A stretch of 64,000 nt of DNA from Eledone cirrhosa (Eukaryota), in contig OZ024753.1 of NCBI GenBank assembly GCA_964016885.1, forward strand, positions 1,736,001 through 1,800,000. The letters run 5' to 3'. Below are positions 15,481 to 29,280 of this stretch, in pieces (positions within the stretch are counted from its first letter, which is position 1; each line of letters starts with the position of its first letter). A program made the position numbers and the translations under genes. Below the pieces are notes generated by a model. It had not been told where the DNA came from and did no database searches. It saw only the letters and a program-made list of their open reading frames with translations.

Positions 15481-16776
15481 GAATCACTATATTCCCACTC
15501 AATCCAAGATTACCATCTCAAATGCGTTGCAATGTTGTCAGGGAAAATCTGGCTGTCGATAAATATCAACTGAACTACATATTGCAGAGAATTTTCAGCC
15601 AAGGGACTATGGGCTACCGGTAGGTATTGTCGGATGAGATAAGTACCCACGGTTGCCAAATGATTTGCCCAGGTTTTACAAAAAAACTTTCTAAAACTTG
15701 CCAAAGCTTATTGGATTTTACCAAATTGAATAAATATATATTTTTAAAAATTCTTAAAACTCGTTTCTTGAATTGCTCTTTGTTACTCCACTTATTCGAA
15801 AGAAAAATAAATGCACAACTTTTTAGACACTTGTCACTGTGTCTATATCATATTAAAATTATTGCTTTTCATATAGAAAATAATTTAATATTTTCATGCG
15901 TTGCCGGGAGGGATATAAATATTTAAATTGTTTACAACAGTTCTGTTTCAGTAATGAGGTAATAAGAATGGATTTATCATTAATTTTCTGTCAATTGAGA
16001 AACGAAGTTTATATTTTTCGGATTGTGAAGTTAATTCTCGCCATATTCTATTAATATCTGGTACTCATTTCCCTAAATAATCTTAAGAAACTATGGCAAA
16101 TTAGAGAATTGTGTGTGGCGAACCTTAAACACATTTTCTTTATCTAAAACTTCAAATATATGTAAGTTAGTGAATATGCTAAAAGATAACAATTGCTTGC
16201 CCATTTTCTCGCTTAATTTGACAATTATATAAACAGCGTTATACTTACATTAGATTTATCTTAGTTTTTCTAATATATGTTGTTTTTGAAAAAATACTTT
16301 CTATTCAATTAATTACGGTACCGACAAATACGGGAACTTTGCGGTTCTAGTTGAAAAGCTTGTGGTACCTCTGCGTTAGCAGAAAAGACTCGGCAATGCT
16401 TTGAAGAAGATGCCCGGGACGCTGGTCCGTACGTGAATTGAATACGTTGAACCAGATTATGGACCGAGATTGGGGCCTGAGGCGCCTGTTCCCTCGCGGG
16501 GCCGATTAATTGTAAACATTACCATCCCCGCCAGTATGAGTATGGTCACCATGACGACCACCACGACCCCCAGCATCACTGTTACCGGTATTACCTTCGA
16601 TGCGACCAACTTCTTTTTCCATCTTTAACGGTCATCTTATTTTATAAGCTATTTTACAGCATCTCTGCGCATGAGCACACCATTCTTTATATTAACTTTA
16701 TCGCCTCTTTATTTCGTAAAAGATCCGAGAAATCGATTCCATATACATGATATGTGTACACACACACACACACACA

Positions 16777-16838
<62 letters not shown>

Positions 16839-17669
16839 CACATATGTATATAATTTCGTGTTCCGCAGTCAATTTAGCACACTATGAGGAAAACATAATT
16901 GAGATCATTAACCTTGATTACTGAGAATCAATGTTCTGAAAAACTCCAGTATGGTAAATACACTAGATATAGGATCACCACCACTCCACCATAATGATAT
17001 TACATATAACCAAGAGCTACGTACGATTGTGCAGCGAAACTGTTCAATATAAACTGAAAAATAATCATAATAAAAAGTACTAATCTTGTCCATATAAGCT
17101 AGTTGCTTGGTTTCACTTGTTTGTGTTTAGTCTGTCAATCTGGCAGAGTGTAATGATAGGAATATTGCCAAAATGCTAGCGCCATTATGGTTGATAAAAA
17201 CAGAGGTGTTAAACAAAGTAAGAAGTAAAAGAATTGGCAAGTTTTAGTGTATATTGTAGAAAAATAGCTATATTACGTGTCATTTGATACTTGAAAATTT
17301 TCTCAAATCTAAAGAAACTATATTTGATGTTGTTGGCTCTTCATACCAATATGATAAGATATAATATTATTTTTCCTCTTTTCCCTCCTCTCTGCTTGTC
17401 GTTTGTGTTTGTTATATACGTAGTTTAAAAAGACAACCACACACATATCTAAATACGTTTGGGGTAACAAATGTCAAACAGAGTACTCAATATCTGTAGT
17501 AAAGGAAATTTTATTTTTTAATATTTAATGATTCTATCTGTCACTGCCCAAAGTTTCTAGGCACATTTCCATTAATACCAAACTAACGGTTTGCTAGATA
17601 TAATGCTAAATCCTATTTACATCACATCTTGTCGCCCCAATAAGGGAAGAACACATCGGATAATGTAAG

Positions 17670-17975
17670 GGCCCTTTAGTCATGAATGACCATGGGTTTT
17701 CATCCAGAAAGTTCCCTCTGAGGCACAAGCCCGGAAAAAGTGTTTTGTGAAAAACCAATAACCGTCTATGCATACTAGTATCCCCACTCCAGGCCATCAC
17801 TGCTGTTTCAGGGAAAGGGAAAGACTGATACAACTTGACTCTAGTGACGTCGTAACTAATTTCTACGGCTGAGTAAACTGTGAAATAAAGTGTCTTGTTT
17901 AAGGATAACACATTACCTATTCCGGGAATAGAAGCCACAACCTCATGACTGAGCCCACACCATAACCACAGTATT
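17670..17975 (-). mobile_element. SINE family B (CORE/V-SINE-like), decayed
   Basis: Minus strand has GTGTTATCCTTAAACAAGACACTTTATTTCAC; homologous to 41760-42073. Confidence 0.8.
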
Positions 17976-18524
17976 GAGATGGGATACACACGGCCTGAAT
18001 GCCTTTGACCATAGGTCTGCTCTTGTCAGAGGGAACATGGCATTTAGCAACAATAAACATTATGCTATTTAGTTTCGGTCTCCCTCCATTCAGAGATTAA
18101 ATTACAATCGACTTTTCATTGCGTAGTGATGAAATTTTTACATGAAATACACTGGATCAATTAACTTTACCACTTCGTCAGAGAGAGACTGGCAGTACAC
18201 ACGAGCCTTTACTTGTTCAGGACAGACAAGAATGGTAGAAGGATTGGGGGAGGTTATTCTTAATATGGATATTTGGGCTGAATGTTTGTAACACAGTGAT
18301 TTCCCCTAAACATACCAACATGTAAGGAGTGGTATTAAATAGGGCAACGGAAATCCCGCTTTGGCCTGCATGGGTTGGTGACGGTTTACTTTTGCTGCTC
18401 AAATAGACGACGGTTTTTGTCAGTCTCTTTGTATTCTGAGTTAAAACTCAAAATACAAAGAGACTGACAAATACTGCAAAATGTTCTGATCCCCTAATGA
18501 ATCCCCCAGCTCTCCGCCGTACAA

Positions 18525-18680
18525 CTAGTACTTTATCAATCCCCGGGGAATGAAAAGCAAATTCGACATAGGTGGGATTTGAAGTAAAGAAAAAAAGCAA
18601 CAACAAAAATTCAGAATAATTCGGAACAAATACTACAGTGTCTTAAGCGACATTCAATGCCTCTTCCAATTCATCACCTT
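18525..18680 (-). mobile_element. SINE family A, decayed
   Basis: GTACTTTATCAATCCCC..GAATGAAAAGCAAA..GGGATTTGAA. Confidence 0.7.
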
Positions 18681-19094
18681 GCAGTATATTATACATGAAA
18701 ACTTTAAAACTATATCTTATTAATGAAGAGAAATCGATTTAAAAAGGACAAGGTAATATATGATAAACACTGTGACAGAGAGAACAGTACAGTAAACATC
18801 ATTGATAAATCTGACAACTATTTATGAATTTCTGTCTCCTTTCACTGAAACTTATAACACACAAGAGAAAGAACCAACGAGGAAACTTCTACAGGATCAC
18901 TCAATCTGCTAGAAATAGTAACGAAACCTTTCTTAAATTATATACTTCCATCATGAAAAGAGAGGGGCACATCGGATAATGTAGTAGAAGATTTACAAAT
19001 CTTCAATTTTCTAACGATGATGTAAAGCTAATGTGATCTCGGATTATTTAATAAAATTTAAAATTACTCGCAAAATAATAGCCCCCCTCCTTAA

Positions 19095-19360
19095 TTACAG
19101 AGCAAAGTTGACCTAGGCGGGATTTGATCATAAATAAACTGCTAAGCATTGTTCCAACGCTGGAATTGCTCTGCCAATCTACTTTTTTAAATAAGGATTT
19201 CTAATTTAGTCGCAAAGCCAACAATTTGCTGGTATTTTCTCATCGACCTCGAAAGGATGAAAAGCAAGGTTGGCCTCAGCCGGATCTGAACATGAAGTGC
19301 CGGAACAATACATAATATAATTGTATACGACTCTCTAATAACTTTACTATTCCATCACCC
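19095..19360 (-). mobile_element. Two decayed SINE family A fragments
   Basis: GCAAAGTTGACCTAGGCGGGATTTGA (~19103) and ATCGACCTCGAAAGGATGAAAAGCAAGG (~19242). Confidence 0.7.
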
Positions 19361-19647
19361 TTCACGCTCTTAAATAACGATTAGCACTAAACACGACTAA
19401 GAAAAGTAGCTATAAATGGCTTAGAATTGTACTTAATGAAGTCATATTCAATTTAAGTAGAATACTATTGGATTTTTCGGAAAAAGTAAAATTCCATACA
19501 AAAAAATGGAATGGTTTTCTATTACGTTTATAGCAGTCCGGTGCTTAATACATTGTTATAGATACGCGTTCAATATGAATAATATAATTGTGTAAATGTC
19601 ATATCATGCATATTAAACAAAACACAGGATGGAGTAAAATGAAAAAA

Positions 19648-19874
19648 TATAAGGTAGCCGGTAAATGACTTTACCATTTAAACAATGGTTTTTATGAATG
19701 TTTTTTTTTTCATTTTATTTTTCAGATTTTAAAAATATGTTACTGGAATTTTATAGAAAATTTCCAGGTAATATATTTCCAAAATCTGAATCTGAAGTAA
19801 ACATTTAAAATGTATTAGTAAAGAAAAGGTTATTACATTTTTAAACGGTAAAGCCATTTATGGATCACCTTGTG
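19648..19874. mobile_element. Fold-back MITE (Tc1/mariner-like)
   Basis: Terminal inverted repeats TAAGGTAGCCGGTAAATGACTTTACCATTTAAA / TTTAAACGGTAAAGCCATTTATGGATCACCTTG; internal palindrome TTCAGATTTT..TTACTGGAA..TTCCAGGTAA..AAAATCTGAA. Confidence 0.7.
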
Positions 19875-20249
19875 TTTTATTTCATTTGAAACCATTATTG
19901 AACATAATATCATATATATTCTTTAATTTCTAAAAATGACTTTTAAAATGAATAAATACCAGAATGCTGAAAGAGGCTTCGAAAGTAAAAGATAGAAGGG
20001 AACAAAATACAGAAATAAAAATATAAGATAAAATAATGAAGAATGGGAAGAGATGCTTAAAGCATTACGGGATGTGGACAGACAGATGTATGTATGGACC
20101 CATATCTCCCGATGGTGTCATAGGGGCAACGCAGTGACATACAGCGTGTCTAAGGCATTTAAAACCTGGCAGAGAACATCTCTCTCCAGGTCTGAACCCA
20201 ACCGATTTCTTCACGAGGAGAAGGGAGAGAGAGAGAGAAAGCGATATAG

Positions 20250-20365
20250 AGGACCTCAAAAGGATGAAAGGCAAAGTTGGCGTTGGTAGGAGTTGAACAC
20301 AGAACGCAGGAACGAGACAACACAGCATTCTATCCGAAGTTCCAACGACTCTGGCAATTTGCCGT
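20250..20365 (-). mobile_element. SINE family A, decayed
   Basis: GACCTCAAAAGGATGAAAGGCAAAGTTG..AGTTGAACACAGAACG..CTCTGGCAAT. Confidence 0.7.
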
Positions 20366-20534
20366 CTGGCATATAAATACGAACATGCAGACACTAACTA
20401 ATACACCACCCCTCCCCATAACATGTTCTCAAATATACAAAGACACAAATTATCGGGGAGACGACTACTGATCGTATCAACCACAGAATTTTTTATTGGA
20501 ATTCATTCTACCGGAAAGCTGTAAATTAGCAAAA

Positions 20535-20672
20535 TCAGCAGAACATCAGATAGAGGGCTTTGAGGCATTCCTTTCAGTTCTATGTCATCTGCGTTCAAAC
20601 CCCGCTGAGATCAACTTTGCCTTTCATCCTTTCGAGGTCGATAAAAAAGTACCAGCTTAGTGCTGGAGTTGA
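20535..20672 (+). mobile_element. SINE family A, decayed
   Basis: GTTCAAACCCCGCTGAGATCAACTTTGCCTTTCATCCTTTCGAGGTCGATAAAAAAGTACCAG. Confidence 0.8.
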
Positions 20673-20726
20673 TTCTTCCTCTATATATCTTTCTCATTTC
20701 CTCTCTATCACTATCCTTCTCTAGAG

Positions 20727-20893
20727 CGGTGGTTCCCAAAGTGGGTTCCGCAAAGGAGTGTCTGGGATTCCGAGAAAAAAGGTAAAGGAGTATATTTATA
20801 TTACGACCATATAACAGTATTAGACTTTGGGGTTCCCCAAAAAGTTTCTGAATCAAAATAGGTTCCGCGCTTGAAAAAGTTTGGAAAAACCTG
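20727..20893. mobile_element. hAT (Charlie-type) MITE with 8-bp TSD
   Basis: Ends CGGTGGTTCCCAAA / TTTGGAAAAACCTG; perfect CTCTAGAG duplication at 20719-20726 and 20894-20901. Confidence 0.9.
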
Positions 20894-22007
20894 CTCTAGA
20901 GGAAATTGGCTGTGTTCAGATCTAGAACGGGGATGGGCTCTTCCAGGCTTTAAAATGCCCATGACACGTCATATATGACTACAACACCCATATGATTCTA
21001 CCAGGAGTTACGCGTCCATACCTATGTATATTTTACAAGTACAGAAAAAATGAAAGGCACACTTGACATCGGCGGGGTTTGAAATCAGAGTGTAAATATA
21101 TTTCATTAAATACTGGAAGGTGCATTGCAATTCTAAAACCACTTTTCTTCTTGTGTTACAATGGCATTTATTTTCAACAATACAAGCAAGATTTGTAATT
21201 AGCTCCATACATGTGAGTGAATTAATGTTCTTTTACTTCCGTGAGAAGCTAGCATTGCAAACAGGTGTCTGCAATCCCCAAAAATAATAACATCAACACA
21301 AAAATGCATTCTTTTGCTTTTCGAAAAAGATGGTACATAAATTGAAGAAAAGAGCTAAAGAAAATTAATGACAAAAATAAATCTTCGAAGAACAGACATA
21401 CAGATTGGAAAATAATAGGGGGGGGGGGCGGAAGACATCTGATTTTACAGACTTTGACTGAAAATAATAAACAGATTTATTCAAATATCAAAATAGTAGT
21501 TCAATTAGCGGTCGTTTCAATTATTGCTAGCAACATCAGTTAATCTTCTGACATGTGTACGTGTGTGTATGTGTTTATGTGTGTATGTATATATATACGT
21601 GTATGTATGTACATGCGTGTATGTATACACGCTTATGTACGTGTGTATGAATGGGTGAGTGAGTGTCCTCTTGGTTTTCTTTTCTTTTATATTTATATCT
21701 CATCGAGAGAGAGAGAGTGGAGAGAGAATTTCTAACACAGAAATAAGACTTACTTTGGGATTTAGACAACATCAACTAGGTAATTATGTAGGAATATCAA
21801 TGTGTTTTTGCGTACGTGCAAGTAGAGATGTCATTGCATGTGTGGATCTACATGTTTTCAATTACATCTACATATGTTTCTAGATACGTTTGTGTATGCA
21901 ATTATTACATACTCAGATTGTATGTATTTATTTATTGTGAAAACATGGATGAATGGTTAAATTCTATAGGTCTATCCTACAGTATACTATAGCATCAGTG
22001 GATACAG

Positions 22008-22150
22008 CAGAGCTGAATGGTTAAGAGGTTCGCTTTGCTATCCGTAGGTTTCACGTTCAATCCCGCTACATGACATCTGGAACAAGTGTCATTTACCATA
22101 GCCTCAGATCAACCCTTGTCAGTGTAACTGGGTAGACAGGAACAGTTCAA
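22008..22150 (+). mobile_element. SINE family B-related head (tRNA + CORE-like)
   Basis: GCTGAATGGTTAAGAGGTTCGCTT..GTTCAATCCC..CATCTGGAACAAGTGTC. Confidence 0.7.
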
Positions 22151-22783
22151 ACTGCCGTTATACTCAGGATATCTGTCAGGAGTGCATTCCACCGAGGGGA
22201 GGAGCTCCTGTGAGGTGGAGCAGCCAACGCAGCAAGTGTCATTGGTTGTTCTTTGCAGCAATATATTGTTTTATTAACAGGGTGTAGAGCATGTCGTTCT
22301 CTATCACCTTCTCACTAACGTTATTTAATTTTATCTTTTTCTATTTATTGCAAAAATTATATAATTTATTTGAAATGTATTGAATAAAGCTTGTACTTAT
22401 TGAATAAAGCTTGTCATTGTCAGAATGAAAAGATATTCAGGCCCAAATTCAACATTCAAGTTTAACTACACCATTTGTAGATGCAGGCATAGAAGTGAGA
22501 AATAATTCATATAGTACAATTGTGTATACTAAACACCTTAATCATTCTATATATATATATATAGACACACGCTCTCACAAATATCATTTACATAGATATA
22601 TTTATAAGGACATTCAATACGATAGCGTTTGCATAAATTGGAAATGTCAATATAAAAAAGTCTCTCACAGATGAGCCTCAGAATTCTGCTCCACAAACAA
22701 TGTTATAAAAAATAATTTAACAAATATTAATCAACATTAGATACAGAAAAAAACTGCAAAAGAAAAGTGGTTTCCCCCTTTAC

Positions 22784-22817
<34 letters not shown>

Positions 22818-22878
22818 ATGCCCCAGCATGGCTTCAGCCTGTCGGTTGGAACACGTAATAGAGTAATATATACATGTT

Positions 22879-22909
<31 letters not shown>

Positions 22910-24069
22910 ATATACACACACAACTACAGGACCTACAATGAAGTATCGAAATGATACACCAAACAATTCACCAACAACACAAAAACAACAAGAACTTACC
23001 CCCCACAACAGAAATGGCAAAATTATGAAAAAAATGATTACAGTCTAAAAAACAAGGAGACTTGTATTTCAGACAAATTTATTGTAACTGTCCTGAATTT
23101 GGAAATAAAATATTAAAAAAATATTAAAAATAATGAAAAAATAATTAAAAAGAAAGGTGAAAACTAATACGGAAGCTTACTGCCCGTTTAGTAATATTTT
23201 TCAACCATATCAATCAAAAATAGATTAGACAGTTAGTCAAAATGAATAAAGATATCTACTCATCTTATTTGCCACGTCCTCGCTTAGTGAACCTAGCTGC
23301 TGTAAACATTTCCCTTTTTCTTTCTTTTAGTTAGTTTTGCAAGCTTCTCTCTTCAATGTCTCTGCTAGTTTCAAAATAATTATGCTCGCAAACTTTTTCC
23401 TTTCTTTCAACTCTACCCTTCGCATACACACTACCGTCATCGAAAACATGAATTCTGGCGGGAGTAGACTAAGGGCACTGAACTCTTCCCTCTTCCTACT
23501 TTTACTCCACCCTATCCTCCCACTCTTTCGACCTGACCATTTCCGGTTTCCCACGCCACACTAACATTTCACTTCCTCATCGCCATTCTCTTCTGCTTAA
23601 ACTTGGAATTTACCTCACGTTGAATTCACCTGGTATACCTCTGGATCTTTATCATCCACACACACACCAACATCCATTCTGAAACTTAGACACACGCAAC
23701 GACACACCTTACACGAACGCACATCACCTACAGACATATCACGTATCCCCTTCTTTTAACCACACAAACACACTCACACTTAACCCCACGCCACACTGCC
23801 TCCAGATTCGATACGATCTCATCTCACCCCCCCCCCCCCCCCACACACACACATATGCACCTACACCCATACAGGGACAGACATTCACTCCACCACAACA
23901 CACATAATGGTTTTTCAAAACCCACATTCACATACACTCGCTTCCTTCCAGACTTTCACACTTACATCCACACACACGCGTTACCTTCCGCATCCCCGCT
24001 CGCACTCTAATTATATATATAAGAACAAAGTGGAGGTGTTTCAATCCTGGTTACAAATGTTTCTCACAT

Positions 24070-24470
<401 letters not shown>

Positions 24471-24689
24471 TTTATATTTTATTAGTATTTTATTTGTATA
24501 TATATATATAATGAGTGTGTGTGTATGTATGCATCTGTGTAAATGTATGTGTTTCTGTGAATGTGTGTCTGTGAGTGTGTACTTTTGTAATTGTGTCTGT
24601 GTTTGTGCGTTTATATTTATATACTCCTACATTAATTTATATATATATTTTATATATATTTATATATATGTATATACTCATACATATAA

Positions 24690-24800
24690 ATGTATACACA
24701 TACACACGCACACACATATACACATACACACGCACACACATATACACATACACACGCACACACATATACACATACACACGCACACACATATACACATACG
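24690..24800. repeat. 24-bp tandem repeat
   Basis: ATACACATACACACGCACACACAT x ~4. Confidence 0.9.
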
Positions 24801-24967
24801 CATCAGCGTGTTGAAAAAAATCAAGTTTATATAAAATAAACAGATAACATGGAAAGAAGGAACACCAAATAAAAAGGACTGTTTTAAAGAAATTATTTCG
24901 TGTTTAGATGTCAAGTCCACTGATGTTAAACGAAGTAGAAAAGTTTGTTATTTACATCTTATAAATA

Positions 24968-25155
24968 ATTGTTTCTACTTTAGGCACAAGGCCAGCAATT
25001 ACCCAGTACATTACTGGTACTTTATTTTATCGACCCCGTAAGGATAAAAGGCAAAGTCAACCACGGCGGGATTTGAACTCAGATCGTAAAGGGACGTAAC
25101 TATGCTGGAAAGCATGGTGTCCGACCCTCTACCGATACTGCCAATCCACCGCCCT
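24968..25155 (-). mobile_element. SINE family A, full length
   Basis: B-box GAGTTCAAATCC, A-box TGGCAGTATCGGTAGAG; flanking TAAATAATT direct repeat. Confidence 0.9.
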
Positions 25156-25503
25156 AAATAATTACAACAGTGACATAAACATGTACTCAAGTTTTGAAAT
25201 AACGAAACTTGAGTACTTGTTTATGTCACTGTTGTTGTAATTATATATATATATATATATCAACGGAAAAAATGAAACGAAATTTCATTTCCCACTCTTA
25301 GTACGACTTAAATATAAGTATGTACACGTACATACATATATGTATTCAGACGTACAGTAGTATGTAGATATATATATATATATGTACGTATGGATTCACC
25401 GAACATTTATTATAATGCTCGGTGTGTTTGTAAACAAACATCCCGTATTAAGCCGTAGTGTCCAGCAACCATCGTTGCTCGTTTGTTCAACACTGACAAA
25501 GGA

Positions 25504-25546
25504 ACGCTGTACTAGTTTCAAGCTTATTAGCTATCGTCAGCAGCGT
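25504..25546 (-). ncRNA. Minimal type-I hammerhead ribozyme motif (Penelope/retrozyme type)
   Basis: ACGCUG-CUGACGA-U-AGCU-AAUA-AGCU-U-GAAA-CUAG-UA-CAGCGU: 6-bp stem I, 4-bp stem II, palindromic ACUAGU stem III, GUA triplet. The G10.1-C11.1 closing pair is absent. Confidence 0.72.
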
Positions 25547-26944
25547 ATACCTTCCTGCAAGATTGTTGAACGTATATACTTACCTTATGTATATCCTTAT
25601 GTGGAAGAAATCGTTTCTTCTGACCTGGAATGATAGGCTTTTGAGGTGCACAGGAGACGATGTATTCTAAGTACGGCGTCCATACGACCCCATTAACTGT
25701 TATTTGGTTCGTACATGCATTTGTGGATAACATGAACCAAACAAAAACCTGGCGTTGATCTGTACATGTGTTTGGTTAAGTACGTATACTGTGCGGAAAT
25801 GAGGAACATAATGTTTCGTGACTGAGTATTTGTTTGAGAGAAAGAAACTTTTCAACTGTTGAAGAATGACATTTATCGTAAATGAATAATTATTCCTCAA
25901 ATATCACATTATTCATTTGCTTATTCAAATTCGTGAATTCCGTTAGTAGATAACTGAATTCTTGTCACCAACACAAGCCAATAATGTGGAATCCGTTAGT
26001 AGATAACTGAAAACTTGTCAGTACAAACCAATAATGATTCACTGGTTTGATTAAAATGTTGAACCAAACCTTAGACAGTTGCTAGAATGATTGCTTATTC
26101 AAATCCTACCAAGGTTCACTTTACATTTTATGTCTTCGTAGTCAATAAATAAAAAAAGACCAGTCAAGTACAGGGAGACGTCCGTCCCCCCCCCTCTCTC
26201 TCTCTCTCTATCTCTCTCTCGCTTCATTTATCTTCGAATCTGCTGTGATGAAAGGGTTAAGGAAAGCGCACTCACATCGAAGCCTTTCTGTGGACATAAG
26301 AAAGAAACATATCGCTATCGAGCCTACCTAGGGTTACGTCCCCAACACCTTCATCATTATTATCATCACACCCATCTCATCTCATCAAGAATTAGTTGAA
26401 CACATGGATATGAAGCATATTATTTGGGTAGTGGAAGATAGAGGTTTAAGATAAGAGGAGATAGATGCAGATATTGTCCTATGTGTAAACATGTCTATTT
26501 AACGCAGATGACTATATAGATGTTGGGAACGAGCACAGAAAATACTTCTTTAATGACCAGAAGTTTAGGAAGTTTTAAGAAAATTAATATAAACCCTTTA
26601 GCGAAGACAACACGATGTTCAACTATTTCTTTCTTATAAACAACTCCTTAAAAGTGGAAACACTAATCTGTTTGAAAAGATTATTCAAAATCAATACTGA
26701 ATATTATGGGGATGGTAACCAATAAAATTCTAAGCCACTTACGAAGCCTTCGTCTTTCTATAACAATTAAAATATAATCTTAAAATGATCTTCTTTCTAC
26801 AAATTATTGATCACACCCGGAAATCCTAAAAAACAGATAAACTTATTAAGGAATCCAAAACGGCATCACAGATTCTGCTTGTTTTAGGTTTAGTACAGCC
26901 TTAAGGAAGTTATAGAACCAGTCATTAATTACAATGTTTGATTA

Positions 26945-27155
26945 TAGTGGGGGTTTGGCAAAACTGTTGGAGCGTCAGACGAAGATCTTGTGCTATATTT
27001 TGCGACTCTTTACGTTCTGTGTTGATATCTCACCGAGGTCAACTTCACCTTTAACGCTTCCGAGGTCGATAAAATAAAGTGCCATTCCAGGGTCAATTTA
27101 ACCGAATTTCCCTTACTCCGAAATTTTTGTCATTGAACTATCTTACAAACCATTA
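26945..27155 (+). mobile_element. SINE family A, full length, decayed
   Basis: TTGGCAAAACTGTTGGAGCGTCAGAC..CCGAGGTCAACTT..CGAGGTCGATAAAATAAAGT. Confidence 0.85.
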
Positions 27156-27159
27156 TTTG

Positions 27160-27345
27160 CGAGGGTTGGCTGAAAAGATCATAGGCTGACTATGAAGGAG
27201 TGATGCTAGAGCTGTGAAATCTTGCATGCATTGATTTCAACTTTTTTCTATTAATAACTGCATTGTTTCTTTTCAGAGACCATGTTGAAAAATATACCTC
27301 ATAACAGTATCTTGGCCAGCCTATGAACTTTTCAGGTGACTTTCG
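27160..27345 (+). mobile_element. Internally deleted mariner element (MITE)
   Basis: TIRs CGAGGGTTGGCTGAAAAGATCATAGGCTG / CAGCCTATGAACTTTTCAGGTGACTTTCG followed by TA; retains GACCATGTTGAAAAA, matching the typical mariner C-terminal (G)DYVEK. Confidence 0.82.
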
Positions 27346-27642
27346 TAAAATGATGGATTGATTTATGTTATTTGTGTCACCTTAGGAGATGTGTGATGTT
27401 GAAGTTTATTTTAAAAAGCTTGTGTTGATCATGGTTTTACACATAGAAGGATTTCAGGACACCTCAATTATACAACGTTGACCACCTTATACAGTCTATG
27501 CTTTGTGAATTCGTTATGGTTTTCTAAAAATTAATAACTTTCCAAAGATCAGATATAGATGTTGTCATCGTTGTTGTTGCTGTGGTGATGATGATGGCGA
27601 AGGTGGTTGTGTAGGGATGCGATGGATGTGATGATGGTAATA

Positions 27643-27950
27643 ATTGTTTCTACTTTTGGCACAAGGCCAGCAATTATCCCAGTGCATTACTGGTGTTTTA
27701 TTTTACCGACTCCGTAAGGCTGAAAGGCAAAGTTAACCTCGGTGGGATTTGAACTCAGAATGTAAAGTGCCATAGATATGCTGCAAAGCATGGTGTCTGA
27801 CGCTCTACCGATACTGCTAAACCCCCAACCACCCTTGTGATGATGATGATAATAATTGTTTCTACTTTTGGCAATTATCCCAGTGCATTACTGGTACTTT
27901 ATTTTATCGACCCCGTAAGGATGAAAGACAAAGTTAGCCTTGGCAGGTTA
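27643..27950 (-). mobile_element. SINE family A full copy plus adjacent truncated copy
   Basis: 27643-27834 complete (GGGATTTGAACTCAGAA), 27856-27950 partial; both are preceded by TGTGATGATG..TAATAATTGTTTCTACTTTTGGC. Confidence 0.88.
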
Positions 27951-28638
27951 ACTTTGTATGGTGATGATAACAATGGCAATATGTTACAACATGTCAATTC
28001 TTCTTCTCCATCACTTTCTTTTTCTCTGGAAGAAATCTTCTGTGTCCAGACTTGAAGAGAAATGGTTTCTGCCAGATTTAAAGTGGACAATACAAGTCAC
28101 ACATCACTACAGCACCCTTATAACCAGGAAATACGTGTCCATACATATAATTAACAATTCTCATGTTTTGAGGGATATAAATGTTCGTAGATAAAATTAT
28201 AATTTGAGCGTTTTTAGATAAATAAAAACACTTTAAAATATTCTGTTCCACGAGGTTTGGTATAAAAAATCCTTTCGTTCCATTCACATAACCTCAAGTG
28301 ATGAGATAATTGTGGTTTTTCCGTGAATCTCTCTATTTCTCACCGGCTACATTTCATTTAAAGTGAATGAGCATCGCATGTTAATCGCGTATTTGTTCAT
28401 TATTTAGACTAATCAGTGTGTCTTAATCCTATTTCTCCATTATATTATTTCTTATTGATAATAGAAGAGAGCCAGATTCACACACAAACGCATACTCTCA
28501 AACGCATACACAATACACACAAATAAACACACACATGCCCATATACCCACATCCAAACGCACACACAAATGCTCGTACACACACATCATACCCGTATACA
28601 CAAACACACAGAAACATCCATACACGCATACACACATG

Positions 28639-28687
<49 letters not shown>

Positions 28688-29280
28688 ACACATATATATA
28701 TATATACATACACGATATACAGTGAATGTAATTAAATAACTGACCTTATGATAATGAGTGTACGTACTTTGCTTATCAGTAATTAGAAAAGTGTAACGTA
28801 TCTATTATACAGTGATGTGTTGGTCACAATCCATCGGACATATAGCTCTAGTAAATTGATGAATTAGCCGTGTATCAAATTACAAGGTAGAACAAGTGGA
28901 TTTAATTAAATAATTGCTCCAGGGATAATGATTGATCAGTTTTAGTGCTGAATATTCCTAGAAAATCTCAGATCTATTTCTAGCAATTGGTTAACATGAA
29001 GATTTATAAAGTAATAAAAGCATTTTAACTTGATATGCCTTAAAAGGCTACGTAATGTCCGTCACCAAATGCCAGGATGCTGATATAACACCGACATTAG
29101 GGTCACACACTGGAGTATAGCACCTTCCCCGCAAACCTGCTATACCTTAATATAATAGAGTACACATGTTTGAGAGAAAACAAAAGTGCAAGACACTGGG
29201 TTTTCGTATTTCTATACTATATAAATGATAATTATTTATAAAAAGACATGTTTCTATTTCTTCTTTAATTTCTCATTCTT

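Noticed and set aside
23337-23564. 75-aa ORFs on both strands; faint similarity to a Penelope GIY-YIG C-terminus
   Set aside because: No diagnostic motif is preserved; too weak to call without a profile search.
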